DNA of 64,000 nt from Lophium mytilinum (Eukaryota): NCBI GenBank assembly GCA_010093605.1, contig MU004189.1, positions 193,834 through 257,833 of the forward strand, written 5' to 3'. Below, piece by piece: positions 50,266 through 61,599 of this stretch. Position 1 is the first letter of the stretch; the number at the start of each line of letters is the position of its first letter. Under the pieces are notes generated by a model that saw nothing but the letters and a program-made list of their open reading frames with translations, was not told the origin of the DNA and did no database searches. Both the position numbers and the translations under genes were made by a program.

Positions 50266-52038
50266 ATGGCCTGTTTGCTAGATCTACCCGTTGAGCTCAT
50301 CCACGAGATATTCTCCTATATTTCCAATCAGGCTGATCTTTCGCGTCTCTCGCGCGTCTCTCGTCATCTCAACGCCGTGGCAATCCCATTCGTATACGAG
50401 ACCTACCCTAACGGCGACAATTCTGCCCCTTGGCGTTCGTTCAGGCCGTTCCTAAGAACAATCATAGCGCGCCCGGACTTAGCGCAATTGGTCAAGAGAA
50501 TCGAACTTCGGAGGTGGGAGACAGAGCTAGCACACATTGGAAAACGGACGAACGAATGGCACCCTCCGGAAGGAGACATAGACTTGTTTGTAAATATGGC
50601 GAAGAAGATTAGCCTCATTGCCGCCGATGCCGATGCTGGAGGTTGTTCACCAGAGACTCACAATATCGAGGCAATGGGCCCCAATCGAGTTCCTCATATT
50701 GGAGCCTATGACCAACTAGCATGGGACCTCAGTAATATATATCAAGATGAAGAAGGCAGCGACCAAGATTCAGATGTGGAAAGTGAAAGAAGCGCTATGG
50801 AACTTGCCACAAGGGTCGACGATCCTTCGGACGGTGACGACAGTCCTCTAGATGATGAAGAAGAAAGCCGGGATCTCCGCGCTTCGCGGTATCGGGCTGC
50901 GCGGTATCGGGCTGCGCGGTATCTGAGGCAGAAGCATGGGCATATCCGGCTAAAGCGTGACAAGGACTGGCTGCGAATGCTCTATTCAGGCGTCGAAGAT
51001 GCAGACGTTGTCCTACTTCTTGCCCTCCTCCCTAGGCTCCAAGAACTCCATATATTGGGAATGCCGAACACTCCATTTCTCTATTGGGACTTTATCCTAA
51101 AAGCGAACCCTTTAGTGTGCCTCAAGAAAGTCTCATTCAACCCTGGACCGAAAGGCGGTGGACTGGATTGCCTTGGTTGTTTGTTCTCCATTCCCTCGCT
51201 CCGCACCTTGAGCGGCACATTCATGGACGCATCTTGGGGCTGGCGCTCTGACGAGCTTGCATCGTCGAACCTGACTGTCATCGATATAGAGGATTCAGTT
51301 TTCATCGAATGGTCCGCAGAGCAATTGATACACTCTTGTAAAGCCCTGGAGACATTTGGATACGCCGGAGGGGTTTATGCTGAGAACATTCCACGACGAA
51401 GCAGCGTTGGAATGGTCGACCCGAGGTCTCTGAAACACTCCCTCCGCTCTCAACGGCGAACTTTGAAGAATTTGAAGGCTTTGTTCGTGTATTCCGCGAC
51501 GCATGAGGATCATGGCGGCGGATACGAGGATCATTCCCTGGGATCATTGAGAGACTTCGACAAACTGGAGACTCTCTGGGTACGCTATGAAGAGCTTGTA
51601 TATGCGGGATGGTTTAAAAACGGTAAGCCCGTGGTCCTGCCTACGTGTCTTTCGGACGTCCTACCGCCATCCATTGTATCTCTCCACATAGACGATGTGT
51701 CCATATGCGATATACCTCAGTTGGGGAAGATTGCAATGTTGCGCGCCGCAAGATTCCCGAATCTCAAGACTGTCAACATGTGTTTGGCTTACGACCATCA
51801 CGACTTGAGCTACAGTATCCAGTCTCAACTAGAGTCTGACTCTGATTCAGAAGGTGTTGAATTGAATTGGCAAGAGGCCGACCAACTCGAGCCACCTGAA
51901 CAACGGCCGCGTATTCAGTCTCAACTAGAGTCTGATTTTGACGCAGTGGGTGTTAAATTGTACTGGCAAAATGCCGACCAATTCGAGTTATTTGAGCAAC
52001 GGGCGCTCTCGCACTGGTCGAAAATCATAGCCCTTTGA
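50266..52038 (+). CDS. F-box protein with LRR-like C-terminal region, intronless
   Basis: N-terminal LLDLPVELIHEIFSYI...DLSRLSRVSRHL; LGSLRDFDKLETL; LSDVLPPSIVSLHI. Confidence 0.85.
   Translation: MACLLDLPVELIHEIFSYISNQADLSRLSRVSRHLNAVAIPFVYETYPNGDNSAPWRSFRPFLRTIIARPDLAQLVKRIELRRWETELAHIGKRTNEWHPPEGDIDLFVNMAKKISLIAADADAGGCSPETHNIEAMGPNRVPHIGAYDQLAWDLSNIYQDEEGSDQDSDVESERSAMELATRVDDPSDGDDSPLDDEEESRDLRASRYRAARYRAARYLRQKHGHIRLKRDKDWLRMLYSGVEDADVVLLLALLPRLQELHILGMPNTPFLYWDFILKANPLVCLKKVSFNPGPKGGGLDCLGCLFSIPSLRTLSGTFMDASWGWRSDELASSNLTVIDIEDSVFIEWSAEQLIHSCKALETFGYAGGVYAENIPRRSSVGMVDPRSLKHSLRSQRRTLKNLKALFVYSATHEDHGGGYEDHSLGSLRDFDKLETLWVRYEELVYAGWFKNGKPVVLPTCLSDVLPPSIVSLHIDDVSICDIPQLGKIAMLRAARFPNLKTVNMCLAYDHHDLSYSIQSQLESDSDSEGVELNWQEADQLEPPEQRPRIQSQLESDFDAVGVKLYWQNADQFELFEQRALSHWSKIIAL
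50881..50925 (+). repeat. 15-bp coding tandem repeat x3 (A-S/A-R-Y-R)
   Basis: gcttcgcggtatcgg gctgcgcggtatcgg gctgcgcggtatctg. Confidence 0.9.
51815..52006 (+). repeat. 96-bp (32-aa) tandem duplication at the F-box C-terminus
   Basis: IQSQLESDSDSEGVELNWQEADQLEPPEQRPR followed by IQSQLESDFDAVGVKLYWQNADQFELFEQRAL. Confidence 0.9.
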
Positions 52039-52307
52039 AGAGAGGGCAAAGACTTTCCCCAATCGCTTCACTCAGAAAGGGAGTAGCCTGGTAAGAGTTC
52101 GGATCCAGATCGGTTGAACCTTAAAATGGTTCTATGAGAACTTAGGGTTTGAAATAGAAGGACAGGTTTTGTTGCACGCATAATGCGGTTTTTGTTAGGA
52201 ATAATATGAGTATGAATAGTAGCAACTCTAGTCTTCGTATGTATCGATTCACATCTCCTCCTACGGCACCTCTACACCCCTAGCCCAACAGTCCCTCCAC
52301 TGCCACA

Positions 52308-52652
52308 ATGCAAGTCTTCATCGTCCTCGTCGCGCTCATCGCAACAGGCCTCGCTATCCCAACCACCGCCTCAGTGTGCGAGACACTCGAGTACTCCAGC
52401 AAGGTCCTTCCCGCTCCCCTTCACCCGCACACCCACTTAACAGACCCCCAGTTCGACGACCTCCCAGTCGGCGCCGTTCCCGCACGCCATCCCGTAAACG
52501 TCTACGACGCCCAAAACTACAGCGGCATCAATGAAGAGAGAAGGAACATAAGGAGAAGAGAGAGCGGTTTTGATACAATTGACGCCATGCTATGGGTTAC
52601 ATTGAAGAGCCGCCGTCTATGCAGAGGTTCTGCCCGGTTGCGGACTGGCTGA
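52308..52652 (+). pseudogene. Small secreted-protein gene or 5' fragment, running into the SDR 3' end
   Basis: CACAATG start, signal peptide MQVFIVLVALIATGLA, and FDDLP...PVNVY segment. Coding character is lost after about 52530. Confidence 0.4.
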
Positions 52653-53680
52653 GCGCGAGGGTCCTGACTTGAGCGGCAACATCCTGTAGTCTTGTTAGTT
52701 TTCCCACTCTACTCTTCATATACTTGCTCGACTAAGGACTATCCACGAGTGTAAACCGTCAGTGGATGAGACTGGACCTACCTCCACAGTCGCCAACCGC
52801 TTAAGCTTAGTATTCTCTTTCGCCGCCTCACGCTTCGACTCTGGGAACTTCATCCCCCATTCCTGCAGGCCGAACGTCAGCTTTTATTCCCCAAAATCGC
52901 TAAAAAGAACCATACCGTCAACAACAACCCCGGTGACACCGCATTCACCCTAATCCGCGGCGCACAAATCACCGCCAACCCCTTCGCCAAATGAATCTGC
53001 GCCGCCTTCGTAACAGCATACGGCTAAAACACCAGACCAGTCAGCCCAATCACCCCTATCCCATCACGCAATCATCCCAACACCTACCAACGAACTCCCC
53101 CCCGGCTTCACCCCCGCCACACTCGCCGTCGTAATCAACGCCCCCTCGCTCTCATCCAGCCACTTCCTCGCCGCATGCGCTAGCCACAGATGCGTCTTGA
53201 CGTTCATCGTGAAGCACCGATCCCAGTCTTCTTCAATCACCCCCTCATCGAGATCCGAGAAGTCGGTCATGCGCGTCCAGCCGGCGTTGGAGACGACGAC
53301 GTCGAGCCGGCCCATGGTGGCGATGGCGTCGGCGACCATGGCGGCCACAGCGGGTTTGGAGCTGACGTCGGCGCGGATGGCGTGGAAGCGGGGGGTTTGG
53401 GGCGAGGGGTGTGTGCAGGGGATGTCGGAGAGGGTGGTGAGGAGGGAGGCGGCGCGGGTGGCGTTGGAGGCGTAGTTGATAATCTAGGGAGGGGGGTTAG
53501 AGTTGGTTTTGTGCCTGTTGCTCTAGGATGAGAGGAGCATTTCTCAATGGTTGGAAAGGGGGTGCTTCGAGCTGGTATGTATGTACATACGACGCGGAAG
53601 TCTGGAGCGAAGACGCGGGCTATTTCGGCTCCTAGACCGGCGGAACCGGCTGTGATTAGGACGACTTTTTGGACAGACAT
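52597..53680 (-). CDS. Short-chain dehydrogenase/reductase, 5 exons
   Basis: ITAGSAGLG, INY, DVVVSNAG, TTASVAG, PYAVTK (YxxxK), RVNAVSPG, last exon DVAAQV...TGQNLCIDGGSSM*. Confidence 0.9.
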
Positions 53681-54662
53681 GATAGGATATGAAATGAGAA
53701 GCAATTGAAAGGATTGGAAGCTTAGGATGAGAGAGTTAGGTCCCTAGGTTGTCATTGAGGTATAGTGGGGTCGCGGGGTAATTTAGTAGACGGAACGATT
53801 CCGGCATCCACTACCTTGTAGCATATATAAGTAAGATCGACCGGCTCTTCGCGTTCAAAGTAGCCAGGAGTACTTCATGGTCGTGTGGAGATCAAACAAT
53901 GCAAGAGCTGAAAACTATGGGAAAGTCGGTGGAGGTCTGGAAGCGGGTATACACCAGCACCAATGGAGGGCCTGTCAATCCTCGACCACGATGCTCAACA
54001 ACATCACAACTGCTCTTTAATAGTCGCCGCCAAACCCTTCATACTGACACGATCCGTACCAAGTTCCAGCGTTTTCTCATTTTCCAAGTGCTCAAAATCA
54101 TCGCTAGCACCCTCCATAGTCGACCTTCATCATCAACTACGAAACCTTATCCCACGCTCCACTGTCCGCACCTCCCGTCAAACCAACAGAGCTTATGTCC
54201 ATTGTCTCTAAGATTTTGAACCACCAACTTCCCACTTCCCATCATCTCTTCAGTTAGGTCATTCTGAAGGAGTAACCGATCCATCTGTGCAGAAAGAAGT
54301 TCAAAGCAACGCGCGAGAAATATTTATACCCTTTCCCTCAGCACATGCGTGACATGTCTTGTGACTTATCCTGATGAGTCCCGTGATAAAGCAGACAGCT
54401 CATAGGGCTCAGAAATAGAATTGTTGAATAATGATTTGCTTAGCTTTCGAGGAAATCCGGTGAAGAGACAAGAAAGGAAATATATAAGAATTCGGTCACC
54501 TCTTCGATGGCTGCAGCAAAAGGATTTTAAAAACAGAAAAGGGGAATGAGTGGTCAGTTGAGTTCAGAATGTAGCAGGAGACTGATCCATTTTGAGGGTA
54601 TAGCATCCCAAGTATGAGCCTCTATCACCTACTACCTATCAAAGTCCAACACCTTCCCACCC

Positions 54663-57600
54663 TTACTTCTGCCTCCGCGTCTGAATACACCAATTCAGCC
54701 ACTCACTAAAGAACCCCGACTGCACCTTCGACCCCGGATCCAAATTCCACTCCCTCTCACTCTCCTTGTACACATCCGTCGCCTTGCCCCTATTCTTCCT
54801 ATCCATCGCAACCAGCACCTTCACCACAAAAAGGCTGGACTTGCTACACGCATTCCCATGCAACTTCGACCCATCAATCTTCACCTCCTCATGAACAGTT
54901 TTCAAAATCTCCCAGAGCAGCTCCTGCCCTTCCGGCTTCGGCAGCCCCTTCTTACAAGCGTCGAAATACTCCCTGAGCAAACCGAAGCTCTTCTCCGAAA
55001 GCTGCTTGCTCGTGCTCGTGCGCACCAAGCGCAGCACAGGGAGGATCAGCTCCAGAGCCAACGGATTCTCGTGCTGTTTCTTGACGTAGATAGAGAGGAG
55101 ATCTAGGACGCGGTTCTTGAAATTGAGCATCGTCTCTCTCGCGTTCTTGTTTTCCTTCTTCTTGCTAGTTGTCTTCTTTCGCTCTTGGAAGATCTTGGTC
55201 AGGTGGGGCTCTAGTGCCATCATCTCCTCGTCGTCCATGTCTTCGCCGTCAGAGGTCTCGGCGTCAGACGCTTCGCCGTTTTGGAGGTCTGTCTTTAGGA
55301 TTCCTGCTAGCAGGCCTTCGAATCTTGCTGCCTCTTCGTCGTCTTTTTCTTGGTCGTCGGCTTCAGAGGCGGAGTCGTCTGAGTCTGCATCAGCGTCGCT
55401 AGAAGCGCCACCGTTCTCTATCTCTACGTCTGAGTCGAGCTCTCCATCAATCATTTCCACGTCAGAGTCATCAGCAGAAGTTTCGTCATCATCGAGCTCG
55501 CTCCCGTCTGCCTCGTCGGCGTTTTGATCGAAAAGTTCTTGCTGGCCTAAGAGATTCTCGCTCTTATTCAGAATGTCGATCAGAGATCCGAGGCTATTCC
55601 GGGTCACGCTTGCGGTGAAAGTCGTGAATACTTGTTCAGCAAGTTTCCTCAAGAGCGTGGAGGGCTTCGCTAGGAAGCTTAATAAGAGCTCAAGGAGCAG
55701 GTCAAAGCTGTCTTCGCTATCCGAGTCTGCTTTCCCGGATATTGCTCTGTAGCAAATGTCAAGCTCAGACAGGATGGAGACGGCATCTGAGTCTCCGTTG
55801 TAGACTTGTAGGATGGTCAGGGAATACAGTAAAATGAAAGCATCGTTAGTCGCAGATTTTCCGTCTTCCGAGAACGATTGCTGTGATACGGTGAGTAAAG
55901 ATTATATCGGGTTGGATATTTTACGTACCTGTGACTCAATCGCTTTCAGATGCTTGTGGGCCTTCTTGACAGTGTCCAGGACTTCGTCATCGGCCTCAAA
56001 GACCAAACTCAGAGTCTTGGAAGACCTTGCTTTCGTGCGGATCCCTGACGCTACCAAATATGGAAAGGATATCAATCCTCCTGAAGTGGTGCGCTTCTGT
56101 GATTTGTTATCTTGTGGCATCGCCACTAAATGTGCGAGACAGGACGATATCCTGTCCCTGAACGTAGTCCGGTTGGAGACTGATATCGGAGGCGAGGGCG
56201 ACGTCTCATCCGCCACAGATTGCTTTGGGACGAAATAACCAAATTCAATAAAACAGTCAAGTAAGTTTCGAAGCCATGACCTTTTAGTAGTAGAGCTTAG
56301 GACGTCTGCGGGTGCATCGTAGCCTTTGTAACCCTTGACGAGAGATGAAAGTAGATCAGCAATTACGCGCCTGTACGAGTCGGCAGCATGCTCCGATTCA
56401 TCCTCTGGCTTGATGATTAGCGCAGTGAAGTGTTGCACGATCTTCGAAAGAGCATCATCGTCAGTGAGCAGTAGGAGCCCTTCAATTGTCTTCGTCTTCG
56501 TGAGCTGATCAAATCTGATGTTGCCGTTATTGGAAGTCAGCGCGATGACGAACGAAGCTGCAAGCCCGGGCTCAGCTTCAACTCGGGTCTGCATTGCTTT
56601 CAAAGGCGACATCGTCGCATTGTGAAGAAACCTGTTCTCTTTACTCCGATGGTTGATCAGAGATCTCATGAGATTAGGACTGAAGAGCGTGGGTAGCACC
56701 AATTCTGGAGCAGTCGAGAGCATGCTGCTAAGAAGCTGGAAGCCCCATGATTTGCGTTCCAGAGATGCAGATGCCGAAAATAGGTTGTCTAATTCGGTTA
56801 GCCTGCTTGCTCATTCGACTGAACGGAGATATGTAGTTACCATCGACCACATCGATCCAGAACTTTGCGAAATCAGATTTGCTTTCTCTCCCTAGCATTT
56901 CTTGGAGAACAAAGTGCCAGGCAAAACTCGGTCTCGAGTGAGCAGACCCACCCTTGACGTTCTTGCTGTCAGATTTGGGTTTGGAATCCGATACGTTGAC
57001 GAAGTTCTCCTTAAGCACATTTGCGAGAACACGCCTCTCCTTGGTGCAGAGGGGATCTTTTTTACGCCAGATGTCTTCAGGTAGCACATCTTGGGAGAAT
57101 AGTGACCGGGTAACCAGCCATATTGCTACCCCCTCAGGTGTCTTTGCCAGATTGTATGTAGATAGCCGTCCAATTATCTCCTTGACGTGCTTTGTGTTTC
57201 CTTTTGTAGATTGCAAATTTCGGACCGTTCCGCACAACACCGAGCCGCATTCTTCTCGAAGCCAGGGTTTGTCGCGTGCAAGCTCGTAGATGTGATCGAG
57301 AATATTGTTCCAGCATTCCAATGGCACGCTCGGTTGTACGAGGATGTTAGATTCCAGGATGGCTCTATATGCGGCGATTTGGCCGATGAGGTGATCTTTT
57401 CGTTCCTTCTCTGAATTAGCCTAAGAATTCCCTTACTCAGAGCTGTTAACTAACCTGGCCGACAGCACTGGCATCTGGTTTGGTTCGTTCAGTCACTAAT
57501 TCGACTATACCCTCTGCACTAGAATCTAGCCCTTGAAAGAATGTACTTCCAGGTCCAAAAAGCTGGTGGAGTACTTCTGTTAGAGCTACGCCAAAGCCAA

Positions 57601-57877
57601 GTCGAGCTGCTTTGCGATTGCTGCAAAGTCCTCTGATCAGCCGGATCACTGCCCGATCTACTGACTCCGGAGTCGGACTGCTTTTCGGCGAGAACTTCTT
57701 CACAATTGCTTTGGCAGCGGTCATGCGAACATCTTCGGTCTCAGATGCGAGTTTTTCAAACAGCTCTGCTAATTCTGCGTCCTCTTTAGTGTATTGGCGC
57801 CGGCGCTTCTGGGGGCCAGAATCGGCTGGCGGTGTAGCTTCGTCTTTTATGTCGCTCTGGCGTCTTTTGCGAGACAT
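54663..57877 (-). CDS. POL5: DNA polymerase phi / Pol5 (MYBBP1A family, rRNA biogenesis)
   Basis: RLIRGLCSNRKAARLGF, KPWLREECG, KTPEGVAIWL, LFSPNLMRSLIN, FDQLTKTKTI, MDDEEMMAL, FKNRVLDLL. Confidence 0.92.
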
Positions 57878-58344
57878 TATGAGGGTTTTGGAGTGGTGAG
57901 GTTGCTGGCGCCCGCGATACCGAAGTTTCACAAAAAGTTTCGAAGTGGAGCTTCCTGCCAAGATTTCGATGATGTAATCTGGGGCTAGGCCCAATCAAGA
58001 CAAATTTAAAGATATCGCATCCAAGGTTCACGGTCGAGCAGTGCCACGGATCTGGGAGTATTCAAGTGTTTAATCTAACATGCAGCTCAATAAGAAGTAC
58101 GATCTTGCAATCGAATAACTACCATTATGCCATGATATTCAGCTCATTCGAGTCCAGTTAAGCTCGACGCACGCTTCCCCACTCCAGCCTCGACGAAGCG
58201 AGAATACGAGTCTAGTTTTTACTGCAGAGTTTACTGCGTGTCTCGTGCGTGTGAAACGCTTTCTCAACATGCAGCTGCAAGGGCTCTTCTAGAAAGACAA
58301 TGATCTGAGCGTGTGGAGATCAACCACGGGTACCTGCAGGATTC

Positions 58345-58408
58345 TGAAGCAAAGTCAATTGGCGGGACCTTCAATTCAGAAGTGAAGCCAACTGGCGGGA
58401 CCTTCCAA
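58345..58408. repeat. Short direct repeat containing TGGCGGGACCTTC twice (possible TF sites)
   Basis: caattggcgggaccttcaa (58356) and caactggcgggaccttcca (58389), each preceded by tgaagc. Confidence 0.7.
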
Positions 58409-58908
58409 GCTGAACGTGCGAAGACATTAGTCTTTTCGAGCAGCTAAATGCCGCATTAGTTTATCCCCAACCGTGTATGCCTGTGAGTGCGAGTAAGCAA
58501 GAAGAGCTACAATGCATAATCAGGCCAGCACAATGAAACAAAGCTCTCCTCGCCGAACCGTCGCAGCCGCAGTGATCCTTGATTGATCACGATATCATGA
58601 GACCGACCTCGATCCCCGGCCACTGCCCTCTCGGATGTGACCGCTGGGATGGAGCGAAGTCACTGCGTCTGACACCCCTCTCGTCAGTGTGGAGGACGAG
58701 GGCCTGAAACGGGCCCAGTTCGGCATTCGTCGTGCGGGCGGAGCCGAATCGATCACGGGACCAGGCTCCTCGTTCAATGTTTACGCTTGGCAAGTCGCGT
58801 CTCCCCAGCAGCAGCCGACACGAGAGCAGCTCAGGGCAGCTGAAAAGCGGTCAGCAGCACCGCGCTCCCTGCAAGCGCCAGACAAAGGCGCGACAAGAGC
58901 CTGTCAGC

Positions 58909-59655
58909 CTGCAGAGGGCAATAGAATAACATGCCAGCAAAAATCAGCTTGGCGAAATACAATGCCAGAAATTCAAGCGAGACGCCTCCGTTGCCGCTCT
59001 AAGCCAGATTTGGCTGTAGCGTTAAACTTCAGCGTCTATACAGAATCGTCCAGCATGCACAACTTACACAGCCCCGGCACACCGGCGCAGAGCTGCCCAG
59101 CCATCACGTGATGGCTAAAAGCACCCGCCAGCGACATAAAACTTGGGAAATCTACCTTGCAGCAGCTGGTTTCCCCGGTCGCATGTCCTCTGTGAGTGCC
59201 CGTAAGGTAAGTAAGAGAGAAAAAAAACGGAGGGGGACAGGAGAAGAGAAAGGGGAGGCGGCCACGGCCAGGCCAACTCAGCACGTGCCAGACAAACCCA
59301 CAAATAACACAAAACTCAGCCGCCCCCCAACACCCAACTTTCCATCCTACACACCTTACAGGCACTCACAGAGGACATGCGACCGGGGAAACCAGCTGCT
59401 GCAAGGTAGATTTCCTAAGTTTTATGTCGCTGGTGGGTGCTTTCAGCTCTCACGTGATGGCTGAGCAGCTGTTGTAAGTTGTGCATGCCGGAAAACAAAT
59501 TGTGGACGCCGAGGGCCGGGGTGTAATGCTGATTTACAGTGGTCTACACTGGATTTAGCATCGCTCAAGGCCGGTGGCGTCTGCAATGCGTTTGCTGGCA
59601 TGTTATTTCGCCAAGCTGATTTTTGCTGGCATGTTATTCTATTGCCCGCCTGCAG
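58909..59655. repeat. ~750-bp imperfect inverted repeat (foldback) with 144-bp spacer
   Basis: Inner arms 59091-59208 and 59353-59470 match 111/118. Middle block 59049-59068 pairs with 59473-59492. Outer arms 58916-58959 and 59604-59647 match 44/44. Confidence 0.95.
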
Positions 59656-61599
59656 AAGAGGGGCCTGCAGAGGCTGTTTGGTGGGGTCTGAAAGCGTGGA
59701 ACCGCCTGGGGGTTGTGGATGCTCTCTGGCGGCTGGTCGAATCGCCGGACGTGTTCTCGATCGAACCTCAGCCCGCCCCTCCTGCTGAGGCTTGCTGCAG
59801 CCGGAGACTCCGAGCTATTGCGTGCAGGATGCTTCCCTTTCCGTGGTGTTTGCTCGCTTGGGCGGCGGGCAGAGTCGTGTTCCAAGGTTGAATGTTGTGC
59901 AAAACTGGTTGAAAAGCTCGGCGAGCCGCGCGATGGCCCGACGTTTTATCGTCTGGCGGCAATGACTTGTCCATGACGTTGTGCAGGATGGTGAAAACTG
60001 TGATCCATCACTTTGCAAACGATCTCGGCGCAAGGCTGCTCGAGACGGGCCCCGTTAGAGCAGCGCTTTAACCGGTTTATGCAGGCCTGTGCAAGCAGAA
60101 GCTGGAGATCAGAGGCTCACGGGCCGGCCATGACACCATGCCACAACGCTTGCCATTGCCAGGCGCTGCAACATCGGCAAACAAGCACCAGTTAGGCAAT
60201 GGTGAATCTCCCGTCGGCCCAATGGGGGTTCCTGGTAGCGGAATATCCCTGCCGTAAGGATTCGAGGCTGGGGCCAACAGGAGGCGCGCGATGCGGGCTG
60301 GCTTGACGGCGATTCCTTGATGGGCCTTGCGCCGCTCTGGATGACGAAAAGCGTGCCGTCTTGCATGGACGAGCCCGGAATAGCACGAGATAGCGATGTG
60401 GAGGGGATGGAGAAGGTGGGGGGTTTGTTGTGGTGCCGGGAGTTGAGGGCGGGCAGACGCGTCGAGGGCAGCAGTGAGGAGTGAGGAAGCTGAGGAGGGT
60501 GGTATGACAGCTCCGAGAGAGCGTTGAGGCCACAACGCCGTCGCCAGCGCCCATTCGTGCCTTTAAACGGAGAATAGCAGCCCTGTGCGACTGAGGGCGG
60601 GCGTTGCAGGCAAGATGCCCGCGTTCGGTGCTCCGTGCCTCCTGGCCCAGCAACGTGACGGCGCCCTGGAAACGCACACTGGATGCTGGGTGGTGGATGC
60701 CCTGGGGCCCTGCTAAGGCCAAATGTGCTGCTGCTGGGCTGCCCAGTTCGCAGCCTGTTTGCTGGCCGCAGCGGCTAACACAGGGCCCTGTCTTCGCCCG
60801 ACGCCGGCATTGACGAAGCAGAGGGCGCCGTGACGGGCGGCGTCAGACGCAAATGCGCGCAGGACAGTGGCCGCGGACGTATGGCAGCTTTGGCAGCAGT
60901 AAACACAGCGGTGGGTGGGGATATGCGAACCTGATCGCGATCTGGAGGAGCCGCCGGGCGGTTTATAATTTGCGATCGCCACGCTGCGGAGCCCTCTCCG
61001 GCATAGAGCATTTCGCCATCTTTCGCGGCGCCTGCAGAAGAGCCGCAACTGTGCAAGTTTGTATTGGTGGACCTGACGTGGTGAGCTGCGAGCGCTTCGA
61101 CCCACTCCCACATCCCGGGGACGTTGCTCCAGAGACAAGCAGACCAGGCTCGGCACCACCTCCAGCTCTTCTACACCTCAACCCGCCCTCTTCTTCCTCC
61201 TCCACCCTTCATAGGCCGTCCCTGGTCTCTCTCTCCTCCCTCCCCGTAGCTCTCTCCCTCGGTCCTCGATACGGGCAGCCAGTCGTTAGCTATCTCGCTT
61301 CCCAATCACGGCAGCAGCACCCCCCGTCCCCCTCGAAGGCCTTGCGGATTGAGCTCCTCCATGTCGCCCGCAGCACGATAGCCCTCTTTCGACACCTCCT
61401 CATATAGCTCTGCCAGCTTGAGGATATTTACCCCAGCATCTTAAGGATTGGAATTAGCTTTCTTGTCTTTCATGCTTATCCGCCGCCGAGCATTCACTCC
61501 CGTCGACCTTCAGCAGGATAAGCCGCACTCGTTTGCCCACGCCGCCGCTACCACTGCCACCAATTCACCAGTTCGCCCGGAATATCACGCACCGCAATC

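Noticed and set aside
54371..54415. CTGATGAGTCCCGTG resembling a hammerhead ribozyme core
   Set aside because: No stem II closed by C directly before a GAAA, and no matching stems I and III.
59036..61407. Numerous 60-180 aa ORFs upstream of cdc25, including mirrored peptides
   Set aside because: The mirrored peptides are by-products of the inverted repeat; the rest are GC-rich shadow ORFs.
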